Assembly (NCBI GenBank): GCA_943369205.1
Contig: CALRMP020000003.1
Span: 17 to 64,016 of the forward strand
Reading direction: 5' to 3'
Source of the DNA: Gulosibacter massiliensis
Lineage (GTDB): Bacteria; Actinomycetota; Actinomycetes; Actinomycetales; Microbacteriaceae
DNA: 64,000 bases
Below, piece by piece: positions 45,047-53,796 of this stretch (its first letter is position 1; each line of letters starts with the position of its first letter). Below the pieces are notes generated by a model. It saw only the letters and a list, made by a program, of their open reading frames with translations, was not told the DNA's origin and searched no databases. The translations under genes and the position numbers were made by a program.

Positions 45047-45087
45047 CCTGTTCGGGCTCCGTGCATGCCGGCTGGTCGTCGCCGGGG

Positions 45088-46002
45088 TTAGCGCTCCGGG
45101 GGTTCAGCTTCGTGAGCTGGTGGGATTCCGCCGTCGGAGCTGACAGCAGGGCGTGAGCGCGTTCCGTCGCGCTGGGCGGCAGCCCCCGCGATGACGACGA
45201 TCACGATGCCGATGACCTGCAACGCGCCGGGCGTCTGGCTCAGCACGATGAGCCCAATGATGATGGCGAACGCGGGCTCGATCGCGAGCAACGTGCCGAA
45301 CGCTGTGTGGGTCATGCGGCGCAGAGCGAGCATCTCGAGCCCGAACGAGATCACGGGCGTGAGCAGGGCGATTCCGGCGGCGAGCAGAATGATGGGCAGC
45401 GTGAGCGTGCCGCCGATAACCGACGGCACCCCGACGATCGTCGTCACGACGGCCGCAATCGGAATCGTGTAGGCGAGACCCGAGATGCCGCTGAAGCGAT
45501 CGCCGACGCGCTGCGTGAGCACGTTGTAGAAACCCCAGCAGGCACCGGCGAGCACGGCGAAGAGGATGCCGAGAGCATCCGTCGCCCCGTTCCAAGGCTC
45601 CGTGAGCAGCACGACGCCGACGAACGCGAGGGCGGGCCAGACGAGCGCGCGGCGCCGACGGCTCATGACGGCCGCCACCGTCAGCGGCCCGAGAAACTCG
45701 ATGGCCACGGCGGTGCCGAGCGGAATGCGCTCGAGCGCGGCGAGAAAGAGCGTGGTCATGAGGCCCGTGACGGTTCCGAGCAGGAGCAGATTCGGCACGT
45801 CGGCGCGTCGGATGGTTCGCAGGCTCGGCCGGACGATGAGCAGGAGGAAGAGTGCGCCGAAGCACATGCGCAGCCACGAGGCGCCGCCGGCGCCGACCGC
45901 ATCGATCACGGTGACCGAGAGCGCGCTCGACAGTTGGATGAACAGCATGGCCACGATGGCGAGCGACCAGGCCGGGGGAGTCGCGCGGGGGGAGTTAGTC
46001 AT
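45088..46002 (-). CDS. DMT-superfamily (EamA/RhtA-like) transporter
   Basis: Starts MTNSPRATPPAWSLAIVAMLFIQLSSAL (complement of 46000-46002). It has 10 TM segments in two EamA halves. The track ORF to 46419 is a read-through across the regulator gene. Confidence 0.85.
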   Translation of the reverse strand: MTNSPRATPPAWSLAIVAMLFIQLSSALSVTVIDAVGAGGASWLRMCFGALFLLLIVRPSLRTIRRADVPNLLLLGTVTGLMTTLFLAALERIPLGTAVAIEFLGPLTVAAVMSRRRRALVWPALAFVGVVLLTEPWNGATDALGILFAVLAGACWGFYNVLTQRVGDRFSGISGLAYTIPIAAVVTTIVGVPSVIGGTLTLPIILLAAGIALLTPVISFGLEMLALRRMTHTAFGTLLAIEPAFAIIIGLIVLSQTPGALQVIGIVIVVIAGAAAQRDGTRSRPAVSSDGGIPPAHEAEPPER

Positions 46003-46600
46003 CGGATGCTCCTCGAGAGGGTGTCGTACCGACGCCGGGCTCAAAGATCGCGAGGGAGAATCGCGCCGCGGTGTCGCCCGCACACGCGTAGCTGTGCGGC
46101 GTATCGCCGCGGAAGGTGATGGCGTCGCCGGTGCCGAGCTCGTGCACGAGATCGCCGACCTCGATGCGCATTGCCCCTTCGAGCACGTGCAACAGTTCGC
46201 GCATGCTGGGGGAGTGCGGTTCGCTCGCGTAGCGCTCGCCGGGCTGCATGGTCCAGTGCCACAGCTCAGCGAGGTCGGGCGACGCGGTGGCCGAGACAAG
46301 CGCACCCGTGCCGCCGTGCTCACCGCGCCACAGCACCGGGGCCGTGCCCGCGCGCGTGACGCGCTCGCCGGGCTGGGCTGGCGGCTCGACGAGCGCCGGC
46401 AGCCCGACGCCGAGCGCATCGCTCAGCCGGAGCAAGGTGCCGATGCTCGGGTTCACCTCACCCTGTTCGACGTTCACGACCATGCGGCGGCTGACTCCTG
46501 CGGCGGCGGCGAGCTGGTCGAGAGTCCACCCGCGCGCTGAGCGCTCGTGCCGCACGCGCGCGCCGATGACGCGCGCGAGAGCGTCCGTGTTCATCTCCAT
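45995..46600 (-). CDS. XRE-family HTH regulator with C-terminal cupin domain
   Basis: Starts MEMNTDALARVIGARVRHERSARGWTLDQLAAAAGVSRRMVVNVEQG (HTH_3). The cupin part is HSPSMRELLHVLEGAMRIEVGD...GDAITF. An 8-nt overlap joins it to the EamA gene. Confidence 0.85.
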   Translation of the reverse strand: MEMNTDALARVIGARVRHERSARGWTLDQLAAAAGVSRRMVVNVEQGEVNPSIGTLLRLSDALGVGLPALVEPPAQPGERVTRAGTAPVLWRGEHGGTGALVSATASPDLAELWHWTMQPGERYASEPHSPSMRELLHVLEGAMRIEVGDLVHELGTGDAITFRGDTPHSYACAGDTAARFSLAIFEPGVGTTPSRGASDD

Positions 46601-46601
46601 G

Positions 46602-46629
46602 AGTGCACAATAATGCACTTTTGGTGCAT
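46602..46629. promoter_or_regulatory. Overlapping inverted repeats abutting the XRE-cupin start codon (operator; likely leaderless promoter)
   Basis: The repeats are AGTGCA-N6-TGCACT (46602-46619) and ATGCAC-N5-GTGCAT (46613-46629). On the coding strand TATTGT (TANNNT) ends 8 nt before the ATG. Confidence 0.45.
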
Positions 46630-46674
46630 GATGGTGCTCGTGGCGGTGAGCGTCGGGCCGGCAGCGTCGCGCGC

Positions 46675-48108
46675 TTAGCCGAGCCGCGCGAGCGCGGCGC
46701 GCGCCGCGTTGAACCCGCCCATGCCGTGCACGCCGCCGCCGGGGATCGTCGACGATGAGCACAGAAACAACCCCGGCACGGGAGTGGCCCACGGCGTGAG
46801 CGAGAGTGACGGGCGTGCCGCGAGTTGCCGCCAGTCGGTGGCGCCGCCGCCGATGTCACCGCCCACGAGGTTGGCGTTCCAGGCTTCAAGCGTGGCGGGG
46901 CTCGACACGAACCGGCCGAGCACGCGCTCGCGAAAGCCGGGGGCGACGCGCTCGAGTTGGGCCTCGATGGCCGGCAGGGCATCCACCGTTGATCCGTTCG
47001 GCACGCGGCAGTAGGCCCACAGCGTGTGTTTGCCCGCGGGGGCTCGCGTGGGGTCGGCGACCGTGGCCTGCACGGCGAGCACCCAGGGGTCGTCGACGTG
47101 TCGGCCGCGCGCGGCTTCGCGTTCGGTGCGCGCAACTTGCTCGGTGGTGCCGATGTGCACGGTGCCGGCACCCGCGAGCGCGGGGTCGGCCCACGGCACG
47201 GAGCCGTCGAGCGCCCAGTCGACCTTGAAGACTCCCGCGCCGTAGCGCCAGCGGTCAAGGCGGCGGGCGTAGCGCGCGGGTAGCGCATCGCCCGCGATCG
47301 CACGCACCTGACGGGGTGTGAGGTCGAGCATGATGATGCGCGCGCTCGGCAGCTCGGCGAGCGAGGTGACGCGGTGGCCCGTGCGCAGCTCGCCGCCGAG
47401 CGAGGTCAATCGTGCAACGAGAGCGTCGGCGACCGACTGCGAGCTGCCGCGAGCGACGGGCCAGCCGACTCCGTGCGCGAGGCCGCCGAGCATGAGGCCG
47501 ATGCCGGTCGTGAGCGGTTGCCCGAGCGGGACAGCCGCGTGCGCAGCGAGCCCGGCGAAGAGAGCCCGCGCCGGCTCGTCGCGGAAGACCGTGCGCCTGA
47601 CGAGACTCGCGGGCCACAGCCCCCGCACCCCAAACGCGAACAACTCGCGCGGAGCGTGCGGCGGTAGGTGCGTCGCATCGAGCACCGAGGCGGCGAGGCC
47701 CGGCCAATTCGCGGAGAGGTGCGCGAGCATCCGTCGCCATGCCCGCCCATCGCGCCCGAGCCCCGCGGCGGTGTCGTCGATCGAGCGGTGCAGAATCGCT
47801 GACCGGTTCGCGTCGATCGCGTGGCCCAGGGGAGTGGGCGGATGCACGAGCTCGAGCCCGTCGCGCGACAGGTCGAGCGCCCGCATCGCCGGCGAGGCCA
47901 GCCCGAGCGCGTGCACCGTCGCGCCGAGGTCGTGCACGAACCCGGGCAAAGTCAGCTGTTCGCTGCGCAAGCCACCGCCGGGCTGTTCGGCCGCCTCGAG
48001 CACGAGCACCCGCAGCCCCGCCTCGGCGAGCGTGACAGCGGCGACGAGTCCGTTCGGCCCCGAGCCCACGACGACGGCGTCGACCTCGGGGGCGGGGGCA
48101 GAAGCCAT
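46675..48108 (-). CDS. FAD/NAD(P)-dependent oxidoreductase of the phytoene-desaturase (CrtI-like) family
   Basis: Starts MASAPAPEVDAVVVGSGPNGLVAAVTLAEAGLRVLVLEAAEQPGGG (GxGxxG...E...GG). The C-terminal GGGVHGMGG is typical of this family. Confidence 0.8.
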   Translation of the reverse strand: MASAPAPEVDAVVVGSGPNGLVAAVTLAEAGLRVLVLEAAEQPGGGLRSEQLTLPGFVHDLGATVHALGLASPAMRALDLSRDGLELVHPPTPLGHAIDANRSAILHRSIDDTAAGLGRDGRAWRRMLAHLSANWPGLAASVLDATHLPPHAPRELFAFGVRGLWPASLVRRTVFRDEPARALFAGLAAHAAVPLGQPLTTGIGLMLGGLAHGVGWPVARGSSQSVADALVARLTSLGGELRTGHRVTSLAELPSARIIMLDLTPRQVRAIAGDALPARYARRLDRWRYGAGVFKVDWALDGSVPWADPALAGAGTVHIGTTEQVARTEREAARGRHVDDPWVLAVQATVADPTRAPAGKHTLWAYCRVPNGSTVDALPAIEAQLERVAPGFRERVLGRFVSSPATLEAWNANLVGGDIGGGATDWRQLAARPSLSLTPWATPVPGLFLCSSSTIPGGGVHGMGGFNAARAALARLG

Positions 48109-48201
48109 GAGGCTGATTGTGCCGCATGAGCCTGCGGGCGCGTCGCGACCGGCGCCTTCCGGCCGCTCGCGACTGTCGCCCGCGAGGGCCAGACTGAACC
48201 C

Positions 48202-50559
48202 ATGACCGACCAGCACCCCGCCGACCGCCACGACATCATCCGCGTCGAGGGCGCTCGCGAGAACAACCTCAAGAACGTGAGCGTTGACCTGCCCAAGCGG
48301 CGGCTAACGGTCTTCACGGGGGTGAGCGGGTCGGGTAAGTCGAGCCTCGTGTTCGGCACGATCGCGGCCGAGTCGCAGCGCATGATCAACGAGACCTACA
48401 GCTCGTTCGTGCAGGGCTTCATGCCGAGCCTCGCGCGCCCCGACGTCGACAGCCTCGATGGGCTCACGACGGCGATCATCGTCGATCAAGAGCGCATGGG
48501 CGCCAACTCGCGGTCAACCGTGGGCACGGCGACCGATGCCAACGCGATGCTGCGCATTCTGTTTTCTCGGCTCGGTCAGCCCTACATCGGCTCGCCCAAC
48601 GCATTCTCGTTCAACATTCCCTCGAGCCAGACGAGCGGCACTCGCACGACGAGCACCGGCACGACCACGGTCGTCGAGAACGAGACCTACCTCGGCGGCA
48701 TGTGCCCGCGGTGCGAGGGCATGGGGCGCGTCAACGACATCGATCTCACGCAACTGTTCGACGACTCGAAGTCGCTGCTCGACGGCGCCCTCACGATTCC
48801 GGGTTACACGGTCGACGGCTGGATGGTGCGCATCTTCACCGCCTCAGGCTTTGTCGACCCGACCAAGCCCATTCGCGACTTCACCGACGCCGAGCGCAAC
48901 GACTTCCTCTACAAAGACCCCGTCAAGGTCAAGATCGACAACATCAACATGACCTACGAGGGCCTCGTGCCCAAGATTCAGAAGTCGATGCTGTCGAAAG
49001 ATGTCGATGCGCTGCAGCCCCACATTCGCGCCTTCGTCGAGCGTGCCGTCACGTTCACGCTCTGCCCCGAGTGCGAGGGCACCAGGCTCAACGCGGGTGC
49101 GCGCTCGTCAACAATCGCCGGCATCAGCATTGCCGATGCGTGCGCGATGCAGATCAGCGACCTCGCCGCGTGGGTGGCCGCGCTCAACGAGCCCTCGGCC
49201 GCGCCCCTGCTCGCGAACCTAAAGCGCTTGCTCGGCTCGTTCGTCACGATCGGCCTCGGCTACCTCTCGCTCGACCGGCCGTCGGGCACGCTCTCGGGCG
49301 GTGAGGCGCAGCGCACCAAGATGATTCGGCACCTCGGCTCGTCGCTCACCGATGTCACCTACGTCTTCGACGAGCCGACCGTGGGCCTGCACTCGCACGA
49401 CATTCAACGCATGAACGAGTTGCTGTTGCAACTGCGCGACAAGGGCAACACCGTGCTCGTCGTTGAGCACAAGCCCGAAGCCATTGCCATCGCCGACCAC
49501 GTCGTCGACCTCGGCCCCGGCGCGGGAACCGCCGGCGGTGAAATCGTCTTCGAGGGCACCATCGAGGGGCTGCGCGCGAGTGGAACCCTCACGGGTCGCC
49601 ACCTCGATGACCGCGCACGGCTCAAGAGTGCGGTGCGGGCATCCACGGGCATTCTCGAAGTACGCGGCGCTTCGTCCCACAACCTGCGCGACGTCGATGT
49701 GGATGTTCCGCTCGGGGTGCTCGTGGTCGTCACGGGTGTGGCGGGCTCGGGCAAGAGTTCGCTCATCCATGGTTCGGTCGCCAACCGCGACGGAGTCGTG
49801 TCAATCGACCAGGGCGCCATCCGCGGATCCCGCCGCAGCAACCCCGCCACCTACACCGGCTTGCTCGACCCGATTCGAACGGCCTTCGCCAAGGCGAACG
49901 GGGTCAAGCCCGCGCTCTTCAGCGCGAACTCCGAAGGCGCGTGCCCCGCGTGCAATGGCAACGGCCTGATCTTCACCGACCTCGGGCCCATGGCCACGGT
50001 CTCGACCGTGTGCGAAGAGTGTGAGGGTCGCCGCTTTCAGGCCGCCGTGCTTCAGTACACGCTCGGCGGCAAGAACATCAGCGAGGTGCTCACGATGCCC
50101 GTCGCCGAGGCCGAGCAGTTCTTCGCCGCGGGCGAGGCTAAACTGCCGGCCGCGCACGCGATTCTCGATCGCCTCGTCGATGTCGGGCTCGGCTACCTGA
50201 CGCTCGGCCAGCCACTCACGACGCTCTCGGGCGGCGAGCGCCAGCGCATCAAGCTCGCGACGCAGATGGCCGACAAGGGCTCGATCTATGTGCTCGACGA
50301 GCCCACGACGGGCTTGCACCTCGCCGATGTCGAAAACCTGCTCGGGCTGCTCGACCGGCTCGTCGACAGCGGCAAGTCGGTCATCGTTATCGAGCACCAC
50401 CAGGCCGTCATGGCGCACGCCGATCACATCATCGACCTCGGCCCTGGTGCGGGTCACGACGGCGGCCGGGTTGTGTTCGAGGGCACGCCCGCCGAGCTCG
50501 TCGCCGCACGCTCGACCCTCACGGGTCAGCATCTCTCGAAATACGTCGTCACCGCCTGA
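48202..50559 (+). CDS. UvrA-like ABC ATPase, short class (UvrA2/DrrC type)
   Basis: The N-terminus [43 protein letters not shown] is the UvrA signature. Four CxxC zinc motifs are present (CPRCEG, CPECEG, CPACNG, CEECEG), and there is a second P-loop ([10 protein letters not shown]). It is 785 aa, against about 950 for canonical UvrA. Confidence 0.9.
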   Translation: MTDQHPADRHDIIRVEGARENNLKNVSVDLPKRRLTVFTGVSGSGKSSLVFGTIAAESQRMINETYSSFVQGFMPSLARPDVDSLDGLTTAIIVDQERMGANSRSTVGTATDANAMLRILFSRLGQPYIGSPNAFSFNIPSSQTSGTRTTSTGTTTVVENETYLGGMCPRCEGMGRVNDIDLTQLFDDSKSLLDGALTIPGYTVDGWMVRIFTASGFVDPTKPIRDFTDAERNDFLYKDPVKVKIDNINMTYEGLVPKIQKSMLSKDVDALQPHIRAFVERAVTFTLCPECEGTRLNAGARSSTIAGISIADACAMQISDLAAWVAALNEPSAAPLLANLKRLLGSFVTIGLGYLSLDRPSGTLSGGEAQRTKMIRHLGSSLTDVTYVFDEPTVGLHSHDIQRMNELLLQLRDKGNTVLVVEHKPEAIAIADHVVDLGPGAGTAGGEIVFEGTIEGLRASGTLTGRHLDDRARLKSAVRASTGILEVRGASSHNLRDVDVDVPLGVLVVVTGVAGSGKSSLIHGSVANRDGVVSIDQGAIRGSRRSNPATYTGLLDPIRTAFAKANGVKPALFSANSEGACPACNGNGLIFTDLGPMATVSTVCEECEGRRFQAAVLQYTLGGKNISEVLTMPVAEAEQFFAAGEAKLPAAHAILDRLVDVGLGYLTLGQPLTTLSGGERQRIKLATQMADKGSIYVLDEPTTGLHLADVENLLGLLDRLVDSGKSVIVIEHHQAVMAHADHIIDLGPGAGHDGGRVVFEGTPAELVAARSTLTGQHLSKYVVTA

Positions 50560-50640
50560 GAGCGGTCGGTGTTGCAGCTGGTGGGGTGAGCGACGGCGGC
50601 AGGTGCGTCGTGGCCGCTGATAGCGTCGTCGCGTGAGCGC

Positions 50641-53600
50641 TTGGCCGGAGACAACCGCGAGGTGCTCGCGAGCATGATGCTCGCGCAGCGCCTCCGCAGT
50701 CGAGTGCGGCTCCTGGGGGCCACGGCGATGATCGTCGGTCTCGTCGCCGCGCTCGCTTCCGGGCTCACGACGATCGCCCAAGGAACAGTGATCGAGGGCG
50801 CTCGCACGGTCATCAGTCAGGCGCGAGGCGATGACGCGGTCGTGCGCGTCTCCATCCGCTGGGCCGGCCAGGGCGGTTCGAGTGAGGCGGATGCCGCGCG
50901 CGCGGCGGCAGAGCAAGATGCCGCGGTTCGCGAGGCAATCACGACGAGCATGCCGAACGCAGTGTTGACGCCGGTGTCGAGCATCCGAAGCGAGCCGCTG
51001 AATCTCGACGGCCTCGCGGCGTCTCTCGTTGTGGTGAGCGACGAACGCCTGCTCGACCGGGTCGAGATTGTCGGGGGCGAGTGGCCCGTAGCTCTGCGAG
51101 AGGGCGCCCTGCACGTTGCCGCCGCTGAGGCGCTTGAAATCGGCCTCGGTGATCGCGTGGTGCTTCCCGGCGAGAGCGGGGAGCCCGTCGAGGTGACGGT
51201 CACGGCGTTGTGGCAGGCACGCGACGGCGGCGAACCAGAGTGGGCCGGTGATCCTCTGGCGGAGCGCGGGGTCGACGGCCTCACGGCGGGTCCTCTCGTC
51301 GTCGACGCGGGGCTGTGGCGCCTGCTCGACACCCGCCCGATCGCGCAGTGGGTTTCCGTCATCGATGCGGCCACGGTGACGACGGCTGCGCTCGACGGGA
51401 TCTCGACCGGTCTGCCTACTCTGGCCGACGTCATCGACGACGACGACCGTAGTCAAGGCACAGGCATCGTCGTCGACGGTGGGCTGCAGGGTACGGTCGC
51501 CGAGGTGCAGCGGGCGTCGGCGGGAGTCGCAGCGATCCTCCCGATCGCTCTGGGGCTCGTCGGCCTGGCCGCGCTCGCGGCGTTGCTCGAACTGCAGCGT
51601 TTGCTCGCGACCGTGCGCAGGGATGAGACCACCTTGCTGCGCTCGCGCGGTGCTTCTCCGCGACGGTTGACGGCGAACGCGGCAATGGAGGCGCTCATCG
51701 TCTCTCTGCCGGCGGCCGTGGCCGGAGCCGTCGCAGGAACCGCTCTCGCTCACGGGGCGCGCGCCGGTTCGATCGGGCTCTCCACTATCGAACTGGCACC
51801 GCTCCTTTTCACGGCGAGCGTGAGCGTCCTCGTCGTGACTCTCTCCACCGTTGTGCTCGCGGTTGTGGTGGCGTCACGCAGTGCTCGACAGGCGCTCCGT
51901 CGCGACACGCTCGCTGATTCAGGGCGGCAGACGCGGGTCGTGAGCGCTTCCGCGCTGGTGCTCAGTCTGGTGGGCGCGGGGGTATCGGTGAGTCAGTTCG
52001 TGCTCTATCGGGGGCCCGTCGTTCCCACGGCAAATGGGGGAACGGCCGTTGACCCCGTCGCCGCACTGGCGCCCGTGCTCGTGCTGCTTGCCGGCGCATT
52101 GATCGTGGTCGTGCTGCTCGAACCGATCGCACGCCTCGTGTCTCGCGCAGCGGCGGGGAGTGATCGGCTAGGCCCGGTGCTCATTGCCCACCCTCTCGCG
52201 CGTTCGGCCGCGATCGTCACGGCACCCGTGCTGATCATGAGTCTCGCGGTGGGCGGACTCGTCATGGCCGCGTTCGTCGACTCCACGACACGATCGTCGG
52301 AACGCTCGGCCCGCGAACTCACGCTCGGTGCGGCGATCACCGTGAACGGCGGGGTGCTCGACGCCGCCACGCGGGCGAGCCTTGGCGCGGCAGGTGCCCC
52401 GATCGAGCTCGCCGGTCAAAGCTGGACGGGTGCGCCTGTCGCGCAGGTCGCGCTGTCGCTCGCAGAGTCGCCCGGCACCCTCGTTGCGATCGATGCGACG
52501 GCCGTTTCCGAGATCGTTTCCCCCGCCGGTGGCGCCGTCGATGGCGAGCGGATCGCAGCGGCGATCGCCCCCGGTCCGCTGCCGAGCGTCGAGATCCCCG
52601 CGTCGACCACGAGCCTCCGGCTCGACAGCGACGGTGACAGCGACGGCGTGCGGGCGGCGTTTTGGGTCGCGGATGCTCGAGGCGGTGTTACCCGAATCGC
52701 CCCCGACAATGCCGGGGTCGCAGCATTGCCTGACCTCGGGGGGCCGTGGCGCGTGCTCGCGCTCGATGTCTCGGCCTTCGCGAGTGGACGCGAGCTCGAC
52801 CTCCTGCTCTCAGGAGTCATCGCGACGGACGCCGATGGAGCAGAGACCACACTCGGCTTCGGGGAGCCGTGGGTTGCCCGCCCCGGAGTCATCTCTGGCT
52901 TCGCGGGAGAGGTTGCTGCGCGCACGGACGGCCGGAGCGGCTTCACGGCCACCGTTGATCGCGTCGACCCCGGGGCCGTGCGCATCACGCCGGATCCGAT
53001 CGCGCTGCGTCTCGCGGTGACCGCCGCAGCAGCCGACCGTTTCGGCGCCGCAACAGGAGATGGCATCACGGTTCGCGTTGCCGGGTCGGGGCGCGAATTC
53101 GTGGGGGTCGTGACAGACATCGTTGCCGCCATTCCCGGCGCGTCGACGACCTCTGCCGTCGCCGTCGATCTCGCGGCCGCCGCGCAGTCGCAACTGGCCG
53201 AGGCGGCGAGCCCCGTGGGCATCTCGGCGGTGTGGCTCGCGCCTCTCGATGGCGCGGAGGTCGACGCGGCATCGCAGCGGGAGGCTGCAGCCGAACTTCG
53301 GAAGGTCGCTCCCAGTGGGTCGTCGGTCGACGCGGTCGCCGATGTGCCTGCGGGGGCGCTCGCCGAGGGGGCGCGCATCGCACTGTGGATCGCCGCTCTT
53401 GGCGCCTTTGCCCTCGCCATCGCCGCGGCCGCCATCGTCTCGCGCGCGATCGGCGGGGTGCGCGAAGTCGATGTGGTGGTCTTGCGAGCGATCGGTGTGC
53501 GGTCTCGGGTGCAGGCCCGCGCGCGCGCCGTCGAGTTTGCCGGCGTTCTCGGCGTCGCCATGGCGGGAGGGCTCGTGGTCGGTGCGGCGGCAGCCCTGCT

Positions 53601-53796
53601 CCTCGCGGGCGACCTCGCTCGCGCCCTGATCGTGGATGCTCCACCGGCCCTCACGCTGACCGGAACGGTCGAGCCCGCGGTCGCTATCGCGGTCGCGATG
53701 GTGCTGATCGTCGCGCTCGCTGCCCTCGGCCGTGGGGCCGGACGCTTTGCGGCTCGACAGTCTCGCAGCCTGTCTGCCCGGGAGGTGCTGCGATGA
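50641..53796 (+). CDS. Large FtsX-family ABC transporter permease (two FtsX modules)
   Basis: About 1050 aa; the start is uncertain (TTG 50641 or ATG 50674). FtsX hallmarks are ETTLLRSRGASPRRL and VVVLRAIGVRSRVQ, each followed by TM helices, with long Ala/Val-rich extracytoplasmic regions. Confidence 0.75.
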   Translation: MAGDNREVLASMMLAQRLRSRVRLLGATAMIVGLVAALASGLTTIAQGTVIEGARTVISQARGDDAVVRVSIRWAGQGGSSEADAARAAAEQDAAVREAITTSMPNAVLTPVSSIRSEPLNLDGLAASLVVVSDERLLDRVEIVGGEWPVALREGALHVAAAEALEIGLGDRVVLPGESGEPVEVTVTALWQARDGGEPEWAGDPLAERGVDGLTAGPLVVDAGLWRLLDTRPIAQWVSVIDAATVTTAALDGISTGLPTLADVIDDDDRSQGTGIVVDGGLQGTVAEVQRASAGVAAILPIALGLVGLAALAALLELQRLLATVRRDETTLLRSRGASPRRLTANAAMEALIVSLPAAVAGAVAGTALAHGARAGSIGLSTIELAPLLFTASVSVLVVTLSTVVLAVVVASRSARQALRRDTLADSGRQTRVVSASALVLSLVGAGVSVSQFVLYRGPVVPTANGGTAVDPVAALAPVLVLLAGALIVVVLLEPIARLVSRAAAGSDRLGPVLIAHPLARSAAIVTAPVLIMSLAVGGLVMAAFVDSTTRSSERSARELTLGAAITVNGGVLDAATRASLGAAGAPIELAGQSWTGAPVAQVALSLAESPGTLVAIDATAVSEIVSPAGGAVDGERIAAAIAPGPLPSVEIPASTTSLRLDSDGDSDGVRAAFWVADARGGVTRIAPDNAGVAALPDLGGPWRVLALDVSAFASGRELDLLLSGVIATDADGAETTLGFGEPWVARPGVISGFAGEVAARTDGRSGFTATVDRVDPGAVRITPDPIALRLAVTAAAADRFGAATGDGITVRVAGSGREFVGVVTDIVAAIPGASTTSAVAVDLAAAAQSQLAEAASPVGISAVWLAPLDGAEVDAASQREAAAELRKVAPSGSSVDAVADVPAGALAEGARIALWIAALGAFALAIAAAAIVSRAIGGVREVDVVVLRAIGVRSRVQARARAVEFAGVLGVAMAGGLVVGAAAALLLAGDLARALIVDAPPALTLTGTVEPAVAIAVAMVLIVALAALGRGAGRFAARQSRSLSAREVLR

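Noticed and set aside
10449-45050. Integrated mobile element or prophage downstream of tRNA-Ala
   Set aside because: I found no integrase, transposase, phage, conjugation or plasmid genes in any frame. I found no third copy of the 17-bp core at the far end of the region, though this was by eye only. I therefore report only the att-like repeat and the compositional impression, not a mobile element.
45104-48205. Many alternative-frame ORFs over the EamA / XRE-cupin / CrtI-like genes, e.g. 45104-45877, 45307-46119, 45566-46540, 46458-47303, 47255-48127 and 47318-48205
   Set aside because: They are Arg/Pro/Ala-rich junk translations. The selected frames give 10 TM helices, an HTH plus cupin, and a GxGxxG FAD-binding fold respectively.
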